Shown: positions 63,942 to 64,000 of the stretch, piece by piece
How the letters are laid out: every line of letters starts with the position of its first letter
Position numbering within the stretch: the first letter of the stretch is position 1
Source: an uncultured Gammaproteobacteria bacterium
GTDB lineage: Bacteria > Patescibacteriota > Microgenomatia > Woykebacterales > RBG-16-39-9b
Length of the DNA: 64,000 nt
Assembly: GCA_965231125.1 (NCBI GenBank)
Contig: OZ246414.1
Coordinates: 384,137-448,136 of the forward strand
Direction of reading: 5' to 3'
The notes under the pieces: model-generated
What the model was told of the DNA's origin: nothing
What the model saw: only the letters and a program-made list of their open reading frames with translations
Database searches by the model: none
Made by a program: the position numbers and the translations under genes

Positions 63942-64000
63942 TTTATATCCTCTTACGTGAGGAACTCCCTCAAAATGCCCAGTTATACTGCTTTTCCACT

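Overview
This 64-kb chromosomal segment comes from a low-GC bacterium (roughly 40% GC by eye, not computed). Genes are tightly packed, often with 4-8 nt stop/start overlaps. I saw no rRNA, tRNA, CRISPR array, integrase or transposase.

Left to right the window contains:
- a truncated membrane-protein gene at the left edge, then a GT2-GtrA fusion glycosyltransferase;
- an orphan P/Q-rich protein, followed by a membrane-anchored surface protein built from tail-fibre-like repeats. Its leader and the upstream gene's 3' end carry two copies of a covarying hairpin element;
- an AT-rich block of orphan small proteins;
- a complete cytochrome bo3-type quinol oxidase operon (cyoABCD, heme O synthase cyoE, plus a small membrane ORF);
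- one high-GC orphan ORF;
- a coproporphyrin-dependent heme biosynthesis cluster (hemH and hemB on the minus strand, divergent from hemC-hemD-hemQ-hemE);
- a Phd/YefM-RelE toxin-antitoxin pair with an operator palindrome. It abuts a ~3.4-kb high-GC island with a TPM-domain membrane protein, a TelA-like protein and a lipoprotein, translationally coupled;
- secA;
- sugar-nucleotide genes (GT2, epimerase, YvcK-like, glmS);
- an LtaS-like and a methyltransferase-like gene;
- metK preceded by an S-box (SAM-I-like) riboswitch with a terminator expression platform;
- a ~25-kb Wzx/Wzy-type surface-glycan locus. It holds WbpA/D/E/B-like genes for a UDP-2,3-diacetamido-uronic acid, a PseF-PseG fusion, a NeuB/PseI-like synthase, a pyruvyl transferase, a TagF-like protein, a flippase, a polymerase, five GT4 enzymes, an epimerase, a methyltransferase, manC, a priming phosphoglycosyl transferase and a DUF4012-like protein;
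- recO, csrA and glyQS, then a citrate-synthase-family gene cut by the right edge.

Every call rests on reading the sequence and the ORF translations by eye. No searches were run.
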